Virus record (IMG/VR): IMGVR_UViG_3300044797_000101
Span: 55,810 to 119,809 of that record
Strand: one strand, 5' to 3'
Source of the DNA: a virus
DNA: 64,000 nt
In this document: positions 49,698 through 59,165 of the stretch, in pieces
How the letters are laid out: each line of letters starts with the position of its first letter
Position numbering within the stretch: the first letter of the stretch is position 1
The notes under the pieces: generated by a model
Told to the model about the DNA's origin: nothing
Database searches by the model: none
Seen by the model: only the letters and a program-made list of their open reading frames with translations
Program-made: the position numbers and the translations under genes

Positions 49698-50065
49698 TCT
49701 AGTACAATCGTTTTAAAATTTGTCATATGACTAAAAACAGGCTTCCCATGCTCCATAGCCTTTTTAGACATGTTTTTTGTACCCTTATTCTCTGCTTGAA
49801 CATCAAAGATGCAAATGGCTTGATCAGCATATGCAGCCATCTCTTCATTCCTAATTGGTCCAGCTGCTTTGCCATGCGCTTCCCAATCAGCAGGAAACAT
49901 CTTAACAGGTATACCACGAAGTACAGCCCAATCTTTTCCAAGAGAATCTACACCAGCTGCTCCACCGCAAACAACCTCTGTAATAGTAAAACCAGAAGCT
50001 TTAACAGCTTCTTCAATTACTTTTGAGTCCGTGATCGTTCTGCTACCTGCGATTATTGTACGCAT
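49694..50065 (-). CDS. SLOG/YspA (DUF2493)-family protein
   Basis: IIAGSR, VCGGAAGVD, ADWEAHGKAAGPIRN, KGTKNM. Confidence 0.85.
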   Translation of the reverse strand: MRTIIAGSRTITDSKVIEEAVKASGFTITEVVCGGAAGVDSLGKDWAVLRGIPVKMFPADWEAHGKAAGPIRNEEMAAYADQAICIFDVQAENKGTKNMSKKAMEHGKPVFSHMTNFKTIVLE

Positions 50066-51174
50066 AAATGCTCCGTAGCTTGGTTACACGTTGGACAAAC
50101 CTTATTCTCTCTAAGAATCTCAGTGTATCTTGCTGTAGCAGCTTGTAATTGTGTATCAATACGTTCCGATTCACCTGTGAACCTGAGTTGTTGTGCATTG
50201 CAACTAATCTCACGATCAAATAAAGTTTTAATAATCTTTGTGTTACTGCTTTTACCAGCTAGTTTATCTATACCAGATAAATTGACAGGAGTCAAGATCT
50301 CATTTAGTTTAGTTTCTCGCGTAAATGTCTGCTTAAAGTTGTCAGCTGTGCTTAAAAGTGAACGAACAGCCTTAATCTTATCTACTCTGGCTGGAAGTTT
50401 CTCAAGTCTTGTTAAATCCAGGGGTGTCAAAAAGGCAGCTTTTTGCTGTTCTCGTGCCATATCATCCTTGAACGCATTTACACGTTCTAGGAGCAACCTA
50501 ATGCGATCTATACGCTCTTGGGAGCGCACTAAGGAACTTAATCTGCTCTCAAGAGCAGCAATTGGCTCAGAAAATGCTTCTAATGCACTAAACTTATCTA
50601 CTTGGGCCTGCAATCCTAGGATCTTCTCATCCTCACGGTCTTTTTCAGCTGTAGTTTCACGCTTGGATTTATTCAGGCCCCTAATTGCATGATCTAGATA
50701 TGTCACCCCGGACAATTTCCCTAGGACTTTAGCCCTATAGCTTCCAGTCTGGGAAAGCAGAAAAAGAGCATCCATCTGACCAGCTAAATTCAAATTCAGC
50801 TTATCAGTAGTATCGATTTGTACTTCATGGATCTTCAGGGCTTGCTGGATTTGCTCAGGGGTTGTTGTTCCAAAGGAATCAAAAACCTGTTCGGGGGAGT
50901 TGGGAAGACGAAGGATATAACGATTGAGTTTATCACCCTTTTCACGAACCACTGTAATCCCTGTGCTCGTTTCCAGAGTAATCCTACAAGACTTGGTACC
51001 AAAGCGGACCCAAGATTTATCCCATTGATTGTAAAGAACCAATGAGAGTGCTCGTGCGACACTACTCTTACCTACATTTGAAACCCCAACCAAAATATTG
51101 AGGTGAGGAGATAACTCAAATTCTCCCCTTTCAAATGCTTGAAAGTTTTCTAAGACTATCTTTTTTATATACAT
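50053..51174 (-). CDS. sbcC: SbcC/Rad50 N-terminal half ending at the zinc hook
   Basis: LENFQ, GVSNVGKS Walker A, Q-loop (AGQMD), coiled coil, terminal CPTC. Confidence 0.85.
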   Translation of the reverse strand: MYIKKIVLENFQAFERGEFELSPHLNILVGVSNVGKSSVARALSLVLYNQWDKSWVRFGTKSCRITLETSTGITVVREKGDKLNRYILRLPNSPEQVFDSFGTTTPEQIQQALKIHEVQIDTTDKLNLNLAGQMDALFLLSQTGSYRAKVLGKLSGVTYLDHAIRGLNKSKRETTAEKDREDEKILGLQAQVDKFSALEAFSEPIAALESRLSSLVRSQERIDRIRLLLERVNAFKDDMAREQQKAAFLTPLDLTRLEKLPARVDKIKAVRSLLSTADNFKQTFTRETKLNEILTPVNLSGIDKLAGKSSNTKIIKTLFDREISCNAQQLRFTGESERIDTQLQAATARYTEILRENKVCPTCNQATEHLCVQ

Positions 51175-51515
51175 TAGAGAAGTGACAACGTACCAGTAAT
51201 TTTATCAATCATCTCTGCAGGAGCTGGACCAATACCGACAGCTGTATAAGTTGGCTCTTTAAACTCTGTATGACCTGCATCTAAAATAATAACTGTAGGA
51301 AGCTTTGCAGCTTTAGCTTGAGCATGAATTGAATTCAACTGTTCAAGACTATCAACTGAGACAACGATCTTAGTTGTCCCAGTCTCTTCCCACTCATTCA
51401 ACCAATCAGGTTTTGATTCAAACATAGAGTTTACTGAAGCATGCGCGCCCTGAGCAATCATCTTGCCTTTACGCATGTTTAAGTCTTTACGAAGAACCAA
51501 AACCTGCTTGATCAT
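51174..51515 (-). CDS. pth2: peptidyl-tRNA hydrolase type 2
   Basis: RKDLNMRKGKMIAQGAHA, KIVV, DAGHTEF, GIGP, ITGTLSLL. Confidence 0.92.
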   Translation of the reverse strand: MIKQVLVLRKDLNMRKGKMIAQGAHASVNSMFESKPDWLNEWEETGTTKIVVSVDSLEQLNSIHAQAKAAKLPTVIILDAGHTEFKEPTYTAVGIGPAPAEMIDKITGTLSLL

Positions 51516-51926
51516 TTAGATAACTTTATTAAAGAATTCTGAAGCTGTTTCACCATGCAAACCAGTACGTTCCAAGATCTTTGTGAAGTCTGAAAGATCA
51601 GGTTTCGTTAGTTTGTATTCTCCGGTTGTTTCACGAAGATCAACACGGAAGAGCTCACGATAGATTGTAAGGGCACGATCTACATTCTTATCTAGTTCCC
51701 AACCCTGTTTCCAAAGTTCAATGATGATTTTCTTTTTTGTCAGCATGCGATAAAAGCCATTCAACAAGCGAGTACGTGCTTTGTAGGTGCTTTTAGGAGC
51801 ATCTTTCATAACTAAGAGAATATCAGTGCGGTTGACATGGGCGAAACGATCTGGCCACACTTCCATGATCTTTGTAACCATTGCTTCTACACCTGGTACT
51901 GCTTCTACATATTTTGTCTTTGCCAT
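51516..51926 (-). CDS. phage metallopeptidase-like protein (HExxH degenerate)
   Basis: ALTIYRELFRV...KPDL pattern; His ligands replaced. Confidence 0.45.
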   Translation of the reverse strand: MAKTKYVEAVPGVEAMVTKIMEVWPDRFAHVNRTDILLVMKDAPKSTYKARTRLLNGFYRMLTKKKIIIELWKQGWELDKNVDRALTIYRELFRVDLRETTGEYKLTKPDLSDFTKILERTGLHGETASEFFNKVI

Positions 51927-51941
51927 TGCAATTCTCCTTAA

Positions 51942-53339
51942 TTAGTCGTCTATATCGTGGAATCTGCCTAAGAGACTTGAAGCTCCAGGCGTTGAGAATC
52001 CTGTAACCTGATTGAAGTCTTTACCCTTTACTGCTACGATCGCTTTCTTAAAATGATCATGTGTAATAATCAGTTTAGAGTCGGCGTCATACGATTTTTC
52101 ATCGATAGCGAAGATGATAGCCATATTGACGACCTCGCGGATCTGAGCACCAGTTTTCTTCTTTGTTTCACCAGCAACTTCTTCGAGATAAGGAATATCC
52201 TCACCAAGCAACCCATTGCTGAAGGTCTTGATCATACGCATACGTTCAGCCTTTGCAGGAAGTGGGAAGTCGATAACCTTATCAAAGCGGCCAGGACGTG
52301 ATACCAAGGCTTTTTCCAGGACCTCTTTGTTGTTGGTGCTACCAATCACTATGATATCTGTGTTCTCTTCAACACCATCTAATTGGTTAAGCAGTTCACC
52401 GAGCATCATGGGGTTGTTGTTTGATTCACGTGAACCACCGAATAGATCTATATCTTCCAGGAAGATGATCGAGGGTGAAAGATCACGAGCCAAGTTAACA
52501 ATCTGAGCTACGCGTTTAGGACTCTCAAGATTTTTGGAAGTAACCCAAATGAATGTCCAATCCACTGTGTTACAGAGGATCTTAGCAAGCACTGTTTTAC
52601 CTGTGCCAGGTTCACCGGCCAAAATAAGACCACGTTTAACCTGTAAGCCGTTCTTTTTATAGATCTCACGATATTCGATGAGATTCTTAAGGTTCATTTG
52701 AATCTCAGTCTTGATTTTATCAGACAAGATCAAATCATCCCAGCCAAGCTTACGATTGAACTTAACGAAGTTACAATTAGGATCAATCTTCTGCCCGCGA
52801 AGGAAGTTGTGCTCTTCAGCGTATTTCAATAGATCAGTAATAAGTGAATTAGAATCAGGTGTTGCATCCTTCAAGCTTGCGAACTTGAATAGGAAGGCAT
52901 CAGGATAGGAATCTTCAAGATGGATGATATACTTTACGCCATCACCTACTACAAAGTAATCACCATAATCAAGACGATCAACATTTTTATCAGGAGCGAT
53001 CTCAATAGCACTATAGGTGGCAGCGTAATCACCATCGGATTCTACAGCAGCAATACGCTCAATCTTCAAGCCTTTGCTCTCTAAGAACTCAGGCAAGACA
53101 TAGCGTAATACCAATGATGCAGCAATTGAACACTTATGGTTGGAATACACAATATCATGTATCGTTTCTGCACCAAGGAATGCAACTGAAACTTTGGCTT
53201 TAAAGTCATTGTTCCAGCGTGCTTCTTTAAGAATATCCACATAATCTCGTGCGCTAACGCTGGGCATGAGCTGAGGTGGAATGTTATCGAAGCGTGACTG
53301 AAAAAACTCGTTCTCGTGCTTGTCTTTATTGCGTCCCAT
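51942..53339 (-). CDS. AAA+ ATPase (classic AAA, FtsH/proteasome-like ATPase domain)
   Basis: RGLILAGEPGTGKT, IIFLEDID, LLNQLDG, RPGRFD. Confidence 0.9.
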   Translation of the reverse strand: MGRNKDKHENEFFQSRFDNIPPQLMPSVSARDYVDILKEARWNNDFKAKVSVAFLGAETIHDIVYSNHKCSIAASLVLRYVLPEFLESKGLKIERIAAVESDGDYAATYSAIEIAPDKNVDRLDYGDYFVVGDGVKYIIHLEDSYPDAFLFKFASLKDATPDSNSLITDLLKYAEEHNFLRGQKIDPNCNFVKFNRKLGWDDLILSDKIKTEIQMNLKNLIEYREIYKKNGLQVKRGLILAGEPGTGKTVLAKILCNTVDWTFIWVTSKNLESPKRVAQIVNLARDLSPSIIFLEDIDLFGGSRESNNNPMMLGELLNQLDGVEENTDIIVIGSTNNKEVLEKALVSRPGRFDKVIDFPLPAKAERMRMIKTFSNGLLGEDIPYLEEVAGETKKKTGAQIREVVNMAIIFAIDEKSYDADSKLIITHDHFKKAIVAVKGKDFNQVTGFSTPGASSLLGRFHDIDD

Positions 53340-53352
53340 TATATTCTCCCTA

Positions 53353-54663
53353 TTATGCTAATTCGTAGTTGTAAGGTTTAATGATCTTTTCCAAACGCTG
53401 CTGATCATCGGCTGCTGATACGAACAACCAACGGCTATCGCCTACTGGAAACTTAGAATTCATTTCCCATAAAACCTGCACTGGATTGTTGCTTGTTATA
53501 CCTACGCCTTGAGCGAATGAATCCGTACCAATCATACTACCATTAATGATGATATGAGCTCCGCTCGATACCTGGAAGTGAGCAGCTTGATGCACATGTC
53601 CGAACACGAATACTTCGAATGGATCACGACCTTCTTTGTATTCAGCTTCATTGACGCGTGATACCTGTTTGTTGATATTGTCTGTATTGATGCTTTTACC
53701 TGGGTTGCCAGTAACGAACACGCCATCACCATGTGTCATATAGACGCGATGACCTTGAATTGTTACAGTTGCATACGGTGTTTTAGGGACAACGATCTCA
53801 ACCTTAGGATCTTTCGAGAAGTATTTTGAAAGAGCATAGAAGATGATGTTTTCATAAGAGTCATACTTCTGAGACAACGCTCGATCCTTAGACTGCTTGT
53901 GCATCATTCGACCATGGTTTCCTGGTTGACATACAACGCGAACCTTAGGATAGAAGGCTTTAAGATGTTCAAACGCCTGGATAAAGTAGCTAAGTGCTCC
54001 GTTGACCTGGAATGTGATCAAGTCATAATCTGGACCTTCCTGATTGTGAATAATCCCACCAATCAAGTCACCACCAAGAAGCAATACTACTTCTTCATGC
54101 AAGTGACGAAGTTCCATCTTATAGGTCTGAAGCTGTTCCATGATGAAGCCGAAACGACGAGCGCCAATGTTCCAATTGAATTCATTCTTTCCACCGAGCT
54201 CTGCTGGATCAACATTCGTACCGAAGTGAAGATCAGTAAGAGCTACCACGACTGATCGAGGTGTCGTATCATGAAGATCAGTTTTCTCAATTGACTTGAT
54301 ATATGCTTTAGTGGCTTTTTCATTCAAAATTACTGGTTCTACTCTCATTGTTTCCAATCGTTTGCACAATGAATCAGTTAGCTGTTCAGCGAAAGCATCC
54401 CATTTACCATATTGCTTTTCTAATTTGCCCAAGTAGGATTTACGCTGTTTATTCAGCTCAATATCCTTCAAGGATTTGGTTGTCATAGGGAAGTAAGTAG
54501 ATAACAATGTCTGATATCCGCCAACTGATTGAAGCTGCCAAGGGGTAATACCGCTCAGCTCAATAAATTTTGCTTTGGGGAGTTGATAAGCATCAACGCC
54601 TAAATTTGCAGCGATCGTTTCAATCTGTTTTACAATATCCTTAACCAGTTTACCGTTAGCCAT
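53353..54663 (-). CDS. calcineurin-like phosphoesterase/nuclease with N-terminal extension
   Basis: TDLHFG, GGDLI, PGNHGR, THGD, FGHVH, NGS. Confidence 0.8.
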   Translation of the reverse strand: MANGKLVKDIVKQIETIAANLGVDAYQLPKAKFIELSGITPWQLQSVGGYQTLLSTYFPMTTKSLKDIELNKQRKSYLGKLEKQYGKWDAFAEQLTDSLCKRLETMRVEPVILNEKATKAYIKSIEKTDLHDTTPRSVVVALTDLHFGTNVDPAELGGKNEFNWNIGARRFGFIMEQLQTYKMELRHLHEEVVLLLGGDLIGGIIHNQEGPDYDLITFQVNGALSYFIQAFEHLKAFYPKVRVVCQPGNHGRMMHKQSKDRALSQKYDSYENIIFYALSKYFSKDPKVEIVVPKTPYATVTIQGHRVYMTHGDGVFVTGNPGKSINTDNINKQVSRVNEAEYKEGRDPFEVFVFGHVHQAAHFQVSSGAHIIINGSMIGTDSFAQGVGITSNNPVQVLWEMNSKFPVGDSRWLFVSAADDQQRLEKIIKPYNYELA

Positions 54664-55147
54664 TTAAATCTCCTTGTTTCGGACTCCAAACAGTCCATGT
54701 ATAATTGTATCCTAAATCCTTCATTACTTCAAGTAATACTTTCTCAGTTTCTTCCCATGGTACTCCGAACAATCCGCTGTTAAACTTACATGAGTGAAGT
54801 TCACCATGCATGCCGCTTGTTTCATGGATCTTAAAAAACAGCTTTAAAGCTTCTCGTGTGCTTTTGAGGATCTTGGCCTTTGAATCTTTCTTTGCACCAT
54901 AATCTAATGACGTAACTAGGTTCAAAACAGTGTACCCGTTTTCTTGCGAGCATTCAATAAACTTTCCAAGAAGGTCTTCGCCTTCTTGCTGACACATCTC
55001 TGTGTAGAATTGAAAACTCTCAGGGAACCTAACTTTAAATTGTTTGGCAATCCCGCTACCCCAAACTGACCGCGTTGAAACTGCATGGATGAGTAAGCTT
55101 CCAGCGGGAGCATCAAACAATGAACCAGTTTTGTGTACGATAGGCAT
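54656..55147 (-). CDS. macro domain (ADP-ribose processing) protein
   Basis: GSLFDAP, HAVS..WGSGIAKQFK, NLVTS, FNSGLFGVPW. Confidence 0.85.
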   Translation of the reverse strand: MPIVHKTGSLFDAPAGSLLIHAVSTRSVWGSGIAKQFKVRFPESFQFYTEMCQQEGEDLLGKFIECSQENGYTVLNLVTSLDYGAKKDSKAKILKSTREALKLFFKIHETSGMHGELHSCKFNSGLFGVPWEETEKVLLEVMKDLGYNYTWTVWSPKQGDLNG

Positions 55148-56154
55148 TAGATCTTCTTAAGTGCTAGAACTGCATCCCAAATTTCTTTCTGAAGTGCTTC
55201 ATTGGGTTTAAGCGCTTCTTCAAACTTCTCACGACCCACCGCTTTGAGTGTTCCAAAGCTAAAGGTAGCACCTGCTTGCTTAATAACATCACGAGCCACA
55301 GCAATTTCAACCAATTCTTTGAAACGGTCAATTCCGTCGAGGAATCGTAATTCAAAGGTAGCTTCGCACATTGGACGACCAATCTTATTCTTAACAACTT
55401 TAACCTTAACTGTATGTCCAAGAATATCGCCGGATGAACCTTCTTCTCCATCACCCTTCTTAACCTTAATCTCTGATCCACCGACCTTACTAACGGCCAA
55501 GCGAACACTAGAATAGAATTTCAAGGCTTTACCACCTGGGGTAACTTCCTTTGGACCATACATCGCCATTGTTTCACGAAGCTGGTTGATGAAGATCAAT
55601 ACAGTTTTGCTCTTAGCAGCAGATTTCACAAGCAAGCGAATCGCTGGTCCAAGCATACGAGCCTGTAAAGCCATCGTTTGATCACCAATCTCGCCATCAA
55701 TTTCCTGTTGAGGAACCAAGGCTGCAACTGAGTCTACAACGATCATGTCGAATAGATTAGATTCTACCATATCTCTGATGATACGAAGGGCTTGTTCTCC
55801 ACCATCAGGTTGATTGAATACTAAGTTGTCAACATCTACACCAAGACGAGCAGCCCAATCTAATGACAAGGAATTTTCAACGTCAATAAATGCACACGTG
55901 CCGCCGGCTCTTTGAGCTGCAGCAATACCCAATAGCGTGATGGTCGTCTTCCCGCCAGATTCAGGTCCAAAGATCTCAATAACACGGCTTCTAGGATAAC
56001 CACCTGCTCCTAGAGCATCATCGATTGAATAGCTTCCTGATGGGATAACCTCAATTTTAGGACGTTCATCCATATCCTTAATTCGAGACACTAAAGACTC
56101 ATGAGTCTTACTTAGCTTATCTAAAAACGACTTTAATTCCTTAACGTCAGCCAT
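55147..56154 (-). CDS. recA: RecA recombinase
   Basis: GGYPRSRVIEIFGPESGGKTT, VDSVAALVP, FINQLRE, GGKALKFYSSVR, VVKNK. Confidence 0.95.
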   Translation of the reverse strand: MADVKELKSFLDKLSKTHESLVSRIKDMDERPKIEVIPSGSYSIDDALGAGGYPRSRVIEIFGPESGGKTTITLLGIAAAQRAGGTCAFIDVENSLSLDWAARLGVDVDNLVFNQPDGGEQALRIIRDMVESNLFDMIVVDSVAALVPQQEIDGEIGDQTMALQARMLGPAIRLLVKSAAKSKTVLIFINQLRETMAMYGPKEVTPGGKALKFYSSVRLAVSKVGGSEIKVKKGDGEEGSSGDILGHTVKVKVVKNKIGRPMCEATFELRFLDGIDRFKELVEIAVARDVIKQAGATFSFGTLKAVGREKFEEALKPNEALQKEIWDAVLALKKI

Positions 56155-56165
56155 TTAATTTCTCC

Positions 56166-56774
56166 TTAGAATGGAAATGCGCTCGATTTCCTTGGTGCAG
56201 CTGGTGCTGGTTGTTGAACTGGCTGCTGGACAGGTTGTACAAACGCTGGAGCAGCAGGAGCAACTGGTTGAGTTGGCAATGAAACTGGAGCAGCAGCTAA
56301 TACTGGTTGTTGAGCTGCAACGACTGGTTGAGCGGCAACTTGAACAGGTCCAGCTGTATTAGCTTTAGCAAGCCAGATTTGAAGCAACTGAATGTCTGCT
56401 TCAGTCAATGCCATAAGTTTCGTGACATTCTGGAATTTCGCACCAGTGTCTTCATTCTCTTTGGTTTCTAGCAAAACCTTAACATACTTACCTACTAAGG
56501 TTTGCTCATTGAAAGAAGTATCAATGGTGTCAATATCAACGCCAAGCACGGAAAGGAATTTACCCGCATTGCTTTTAGGTGTAACGCTTGGAGGAGTGTT
56601 TCCCCATACCCAACGTTTTGTGTGAGGAGGTTGAACCAATTCAAATCCCCAAGAGATATACTCTTTACCTGATGTTTTACCGATCTTGTGCGCGATCTTA
56701 GCTACCTTTGCTACATACAGATTATCCGGAAGTTCTGGAAAATCTTCTTTTTTTGGTTTGTTAAACAAGCCCAT
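56166..56774 (-). CDS. putative single-stranded DNA-binding protein (DUF669-like)
   Basis: Beta-rich N-domain, PQ/PA linker, C-terminal FPF tail; next to recA. Confidence 0.55.
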   Translation of the reverse strand: MGLFNKPKKEDFPELPDNLYVAKVAKIAHKIGKTSGKEYISWGFELVQPPHTKRWVWGNTPPSVTPKSNAGKFLSVLGVDIDTIDTSFNEQTLVGKYVKVLLETKENEDTGAKFQNVTKLMALTEADIQLLQIWLAKANTAGPVQVAAQPVVAAQQPVLAAAPVSLPTQPVAPAAPAFVQPVQQPVQQPAPAAPRKSSAFPF

Positions 56775-56794
56775 GTTAAGTCTCCTTTAGTTAA

Positions 56795-57313
56795 TTAAAA
56801 GTTAAGCGTCTTTGTTGCGCCACGTCCTACACCTGCACTAGGTCCTTGCAAATTCAAGTCCATCTGAATTACTGTAATCTGTCGTGATAGATTAGAGTTT
56901 GCACTCTCTAAGTTACTTGCGACAAGCTGCAAGCACTTCAAGTACCATGAAGCTTTAAGCAATGCAATATCAGCGTAATGAAGCTTTAAAACAAGCTCTG
57001 GCATCTTTAAGCGAGCGTGAATGCTACGCTGTTCGGCTGATTTCTGAGCCTGAACATCCTTATCAGTAGCAATGAATAGATCTTGTGAGCGATCATGCTC
57101 ATTTTGAGCTACATCCTTTAAGATCTCATGCTCAGCTAGGTTCTTCATCGCATCCATAAGCAAGGAAGAAACCTTATCCTTAGCAATCTGAATCTCTGAC
57201 AGCTTATTATTGACTGATACTAATCCTTTTGATAAAGGATCATCATCTAAATAAACCTGAATCTTTTTAACGGCTTCGAGATTCGCAGCCATCTGTTCTT
57301 CTGATAATGACAT
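56795..57313 (-). CDS. helical/coiled-coil hypothetical protein
   Basis: AGGAG SD before ATG 57313. Confidence 0.55.
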   Translation of the reverse strand: MSLSEEQMAANLEAVKKIQVYLDDDPLSKGLVSVNNKLSEIQIAKDKVSSLLMDAMKNLAEHEILKDVAQNEHDRSQDLFIATDKDVQAQKSAEQRSIHARLKMPELVLKLHYADIALLKASWYLKCLQLVASNLESANSNLSRQITVIQMDLNLQGPSAGVGRGATKTLNF

Positions 57314-57514
57314 ATTATTTTGCTCCTGTATTAAACACTGCGTCCTGATCACGTTGCGTGAGCCATCTAACTTGTCCGAACAACTTGTCGCTCTCAGTAA
57401 TAAGCTTATCAGCGGAATCAACTTCAATTTCTACTTCCAATCCAGTAGTAAAAAATTTAGTTGTTCCGTCAGTCAATTTAACGCTATCTGTAAATTTCTT
57501 CGTAAGAACCATTT

Positions 57515-58012
57515 TCATTTAGGATCACCTCTTAGTTGCCGAGATTCGGCTAACACACTATTTAATATATCACGTGTTACGGATTTTGACAAGACTTCTT
57601 TATCAAGCTTGTGTAAAAACTGCATAACATTGGCTACTGAAGCACTACCATCAAGCAACAAATCACGACAATACTTACTTACTGAACAATTGAGTTGAGC
57701 AGAGTAATCAACCTCGTCAATAACCGCAGCTGCATCCATCAACATCCCAAAGTCTTCTTGAAAGCTTACTTCCCCATCTACGATCTTCTTTGCTTCAGCA
57801 TATGAAATACCATCCATATGAGAAATAAAATTAGCTACGTCACCACCAATACCTTCGCCGAAGCAGAAGTATGAGTCAGTATTCTCATAGACAGTGAAAG
57901 ATGGTGTGTTGACGTTAACGTGCATGGGACAAGGACCACGCAGAATACCATCTCCAATATAATGGAGTTTTACACCATACGATTCTACTGTTTCTTTAAT
58001 TGTCTTTTTCAA
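57515..58012 (-). CDS. CHC2 zinc-finger protein (detached primase ZBD)
   Basis: GPCPMH..TPSFTVY..YFCFGEGIGGDVANFISHMDGISYAEA. Confidence 0.8.
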   Translation of the reverse strand: MKKTIKETVESYGVKLHYIGDGILRGPCPMHVNVNTPSFTVYENTDSYFCFGEGIGGDVANFISHMDGISYAEAKKIVDGEVSFQEDFGMLMDAAAVIDEVDYSAQLNCSVSKYCRDLLLDGSASVANVMQFLHKLDKEVLSKSVTRDILNSVLAESRQLRGDPK

Positions 58013-58533
58013 ATTATGATCTCAAGTAAAATCTCTTCAACTGTTTTAACCTTATCATATGGAAGCTTGCAACCCTTCAAAAATTGTTCCATTTGACGTT
58101 CAAGCTTGTTAGCCTCTTTCTCAGTTTGGAATCGTCCCTGCGCTTCATAAGGAAAATCACGTTTAACAAGCACATTCCAGTAGTTCACATCGTTCAATTG
58201 AGCCAATTCCATAACCTTCTTAGCTGCTGGTACAAGATGATGAGATTTATAGTTAACAGACTCATAGAATCCTGACAAGATCAATGGTGAATCTGTGATT
58301 ATAATGTCAACCTTGTTATATAAGGATGTTTCTTCTCGAACCTGGTTGCCGAACACAATCATCTGATCCGCATAGTTCATCTTACGACCTTCCCATGCCC
58401 AAAGCTTCACCCATTCACGAACCATCTCAACCTGATAGCCATGTTTCTTAAGCTCTGAGAATAGATCAGCTGCTAGTGTGCTCTTGCCTGATCCAGGTGC
58501 GCCGAATAAATTAATTACCGTTGTCTTTGTCAT
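58009..58533 (-). CDS. P-loop kinase (AAA_28/NadR-like)
   Basis: NLFGAPGSGKS, ITDSPL, GRFQTE. Confidence 0.75.
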   Translation of the reverse strand: MTKTTVINLFGAPGSGKSTLAADLFSELKKHGYQVEMVREWVKLWAWEGRKMNYADQMIVFGNQVREETSLYNKVDIIITDSPLILSGFYESVNYKSHHLVPAAKKVMELAQLNDVNYWNVLVKRDFPYEAQGRFQTEKEANKLERQMEQFLKGCKLPYDKVKTVEEILLEIII

Positions 58534-59002
58534 GACGTTTATAAGCCTTTTTTAGATATTCAAGTGCAGTCTTTCGACCTGTCCAACCCTTTACAATAAC
58601 TATTTTCTTTTCTAATTGTTTATAGACCTTAAAGAAGTGCTCAATCTCATTCAATCGATCTTGTGGCACATCACCTAATTTTTTAATATGACTATAATGA
58701 GGATCGCGCACTGGGACAGCAAGAATTTTATTATCCTCAACCCCATGATCAATCATTCTCAGCATACCAATGATTCGTACCTCAATAACGCATCCTGTAA
58801 AAGTAGGTTCACCTGTAAGAGCCATAATATCAGCTGGATCACCATCAGACGCTAAGGAATTTGGAATAAATCCATACTCTATAGGATATTGGGTTGATGT
58901 GAATAGCATACGACTAAATCTAAACGCATTTATTTTTGGGTCCCATTCAATCTTGTTTCGGCTTTTACGAGGGCACTCTACCATCATGTCGTATGTTTTC
59001 AT
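58511..59002 (-). CDS. ppa: inorganic pyrophosphatase (family I)
   Basis: YGFIPNSLASDGDPAD, DHGVEDNKILAVP, IEHFFKVYK. Confidence 0.92.
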   Translation of the reverse strand: MKTYDMMVECPRKSRNKIEWDPKINAFRFSRMLFTSTQYPIEYGFIPNSLASDGDPADIMALTGEPTFTGCVIEVRIIGMLRMIDHGVEDNKILAVPVRDPHYSHIKKLGDVPQDRLNEIEHFFKVYKQLEKKIVIVKGWTGRKTALEYLKKAYKRHDKDNGN

Positions 59003-59165
59003 GCAATTCCCTCTCCATAAAAGTCTAAAGGTAGTATAGAATTCCAATCAATATTATTACGTTCCACCACTAATTCTCGAATAGCTGTTTGAAAATCAAT
59101 TCTACCATTATGAAAATCAGCTTGAATTTGATTTTCTATTTGATCGTAAAGATGCAAAGACGTTT

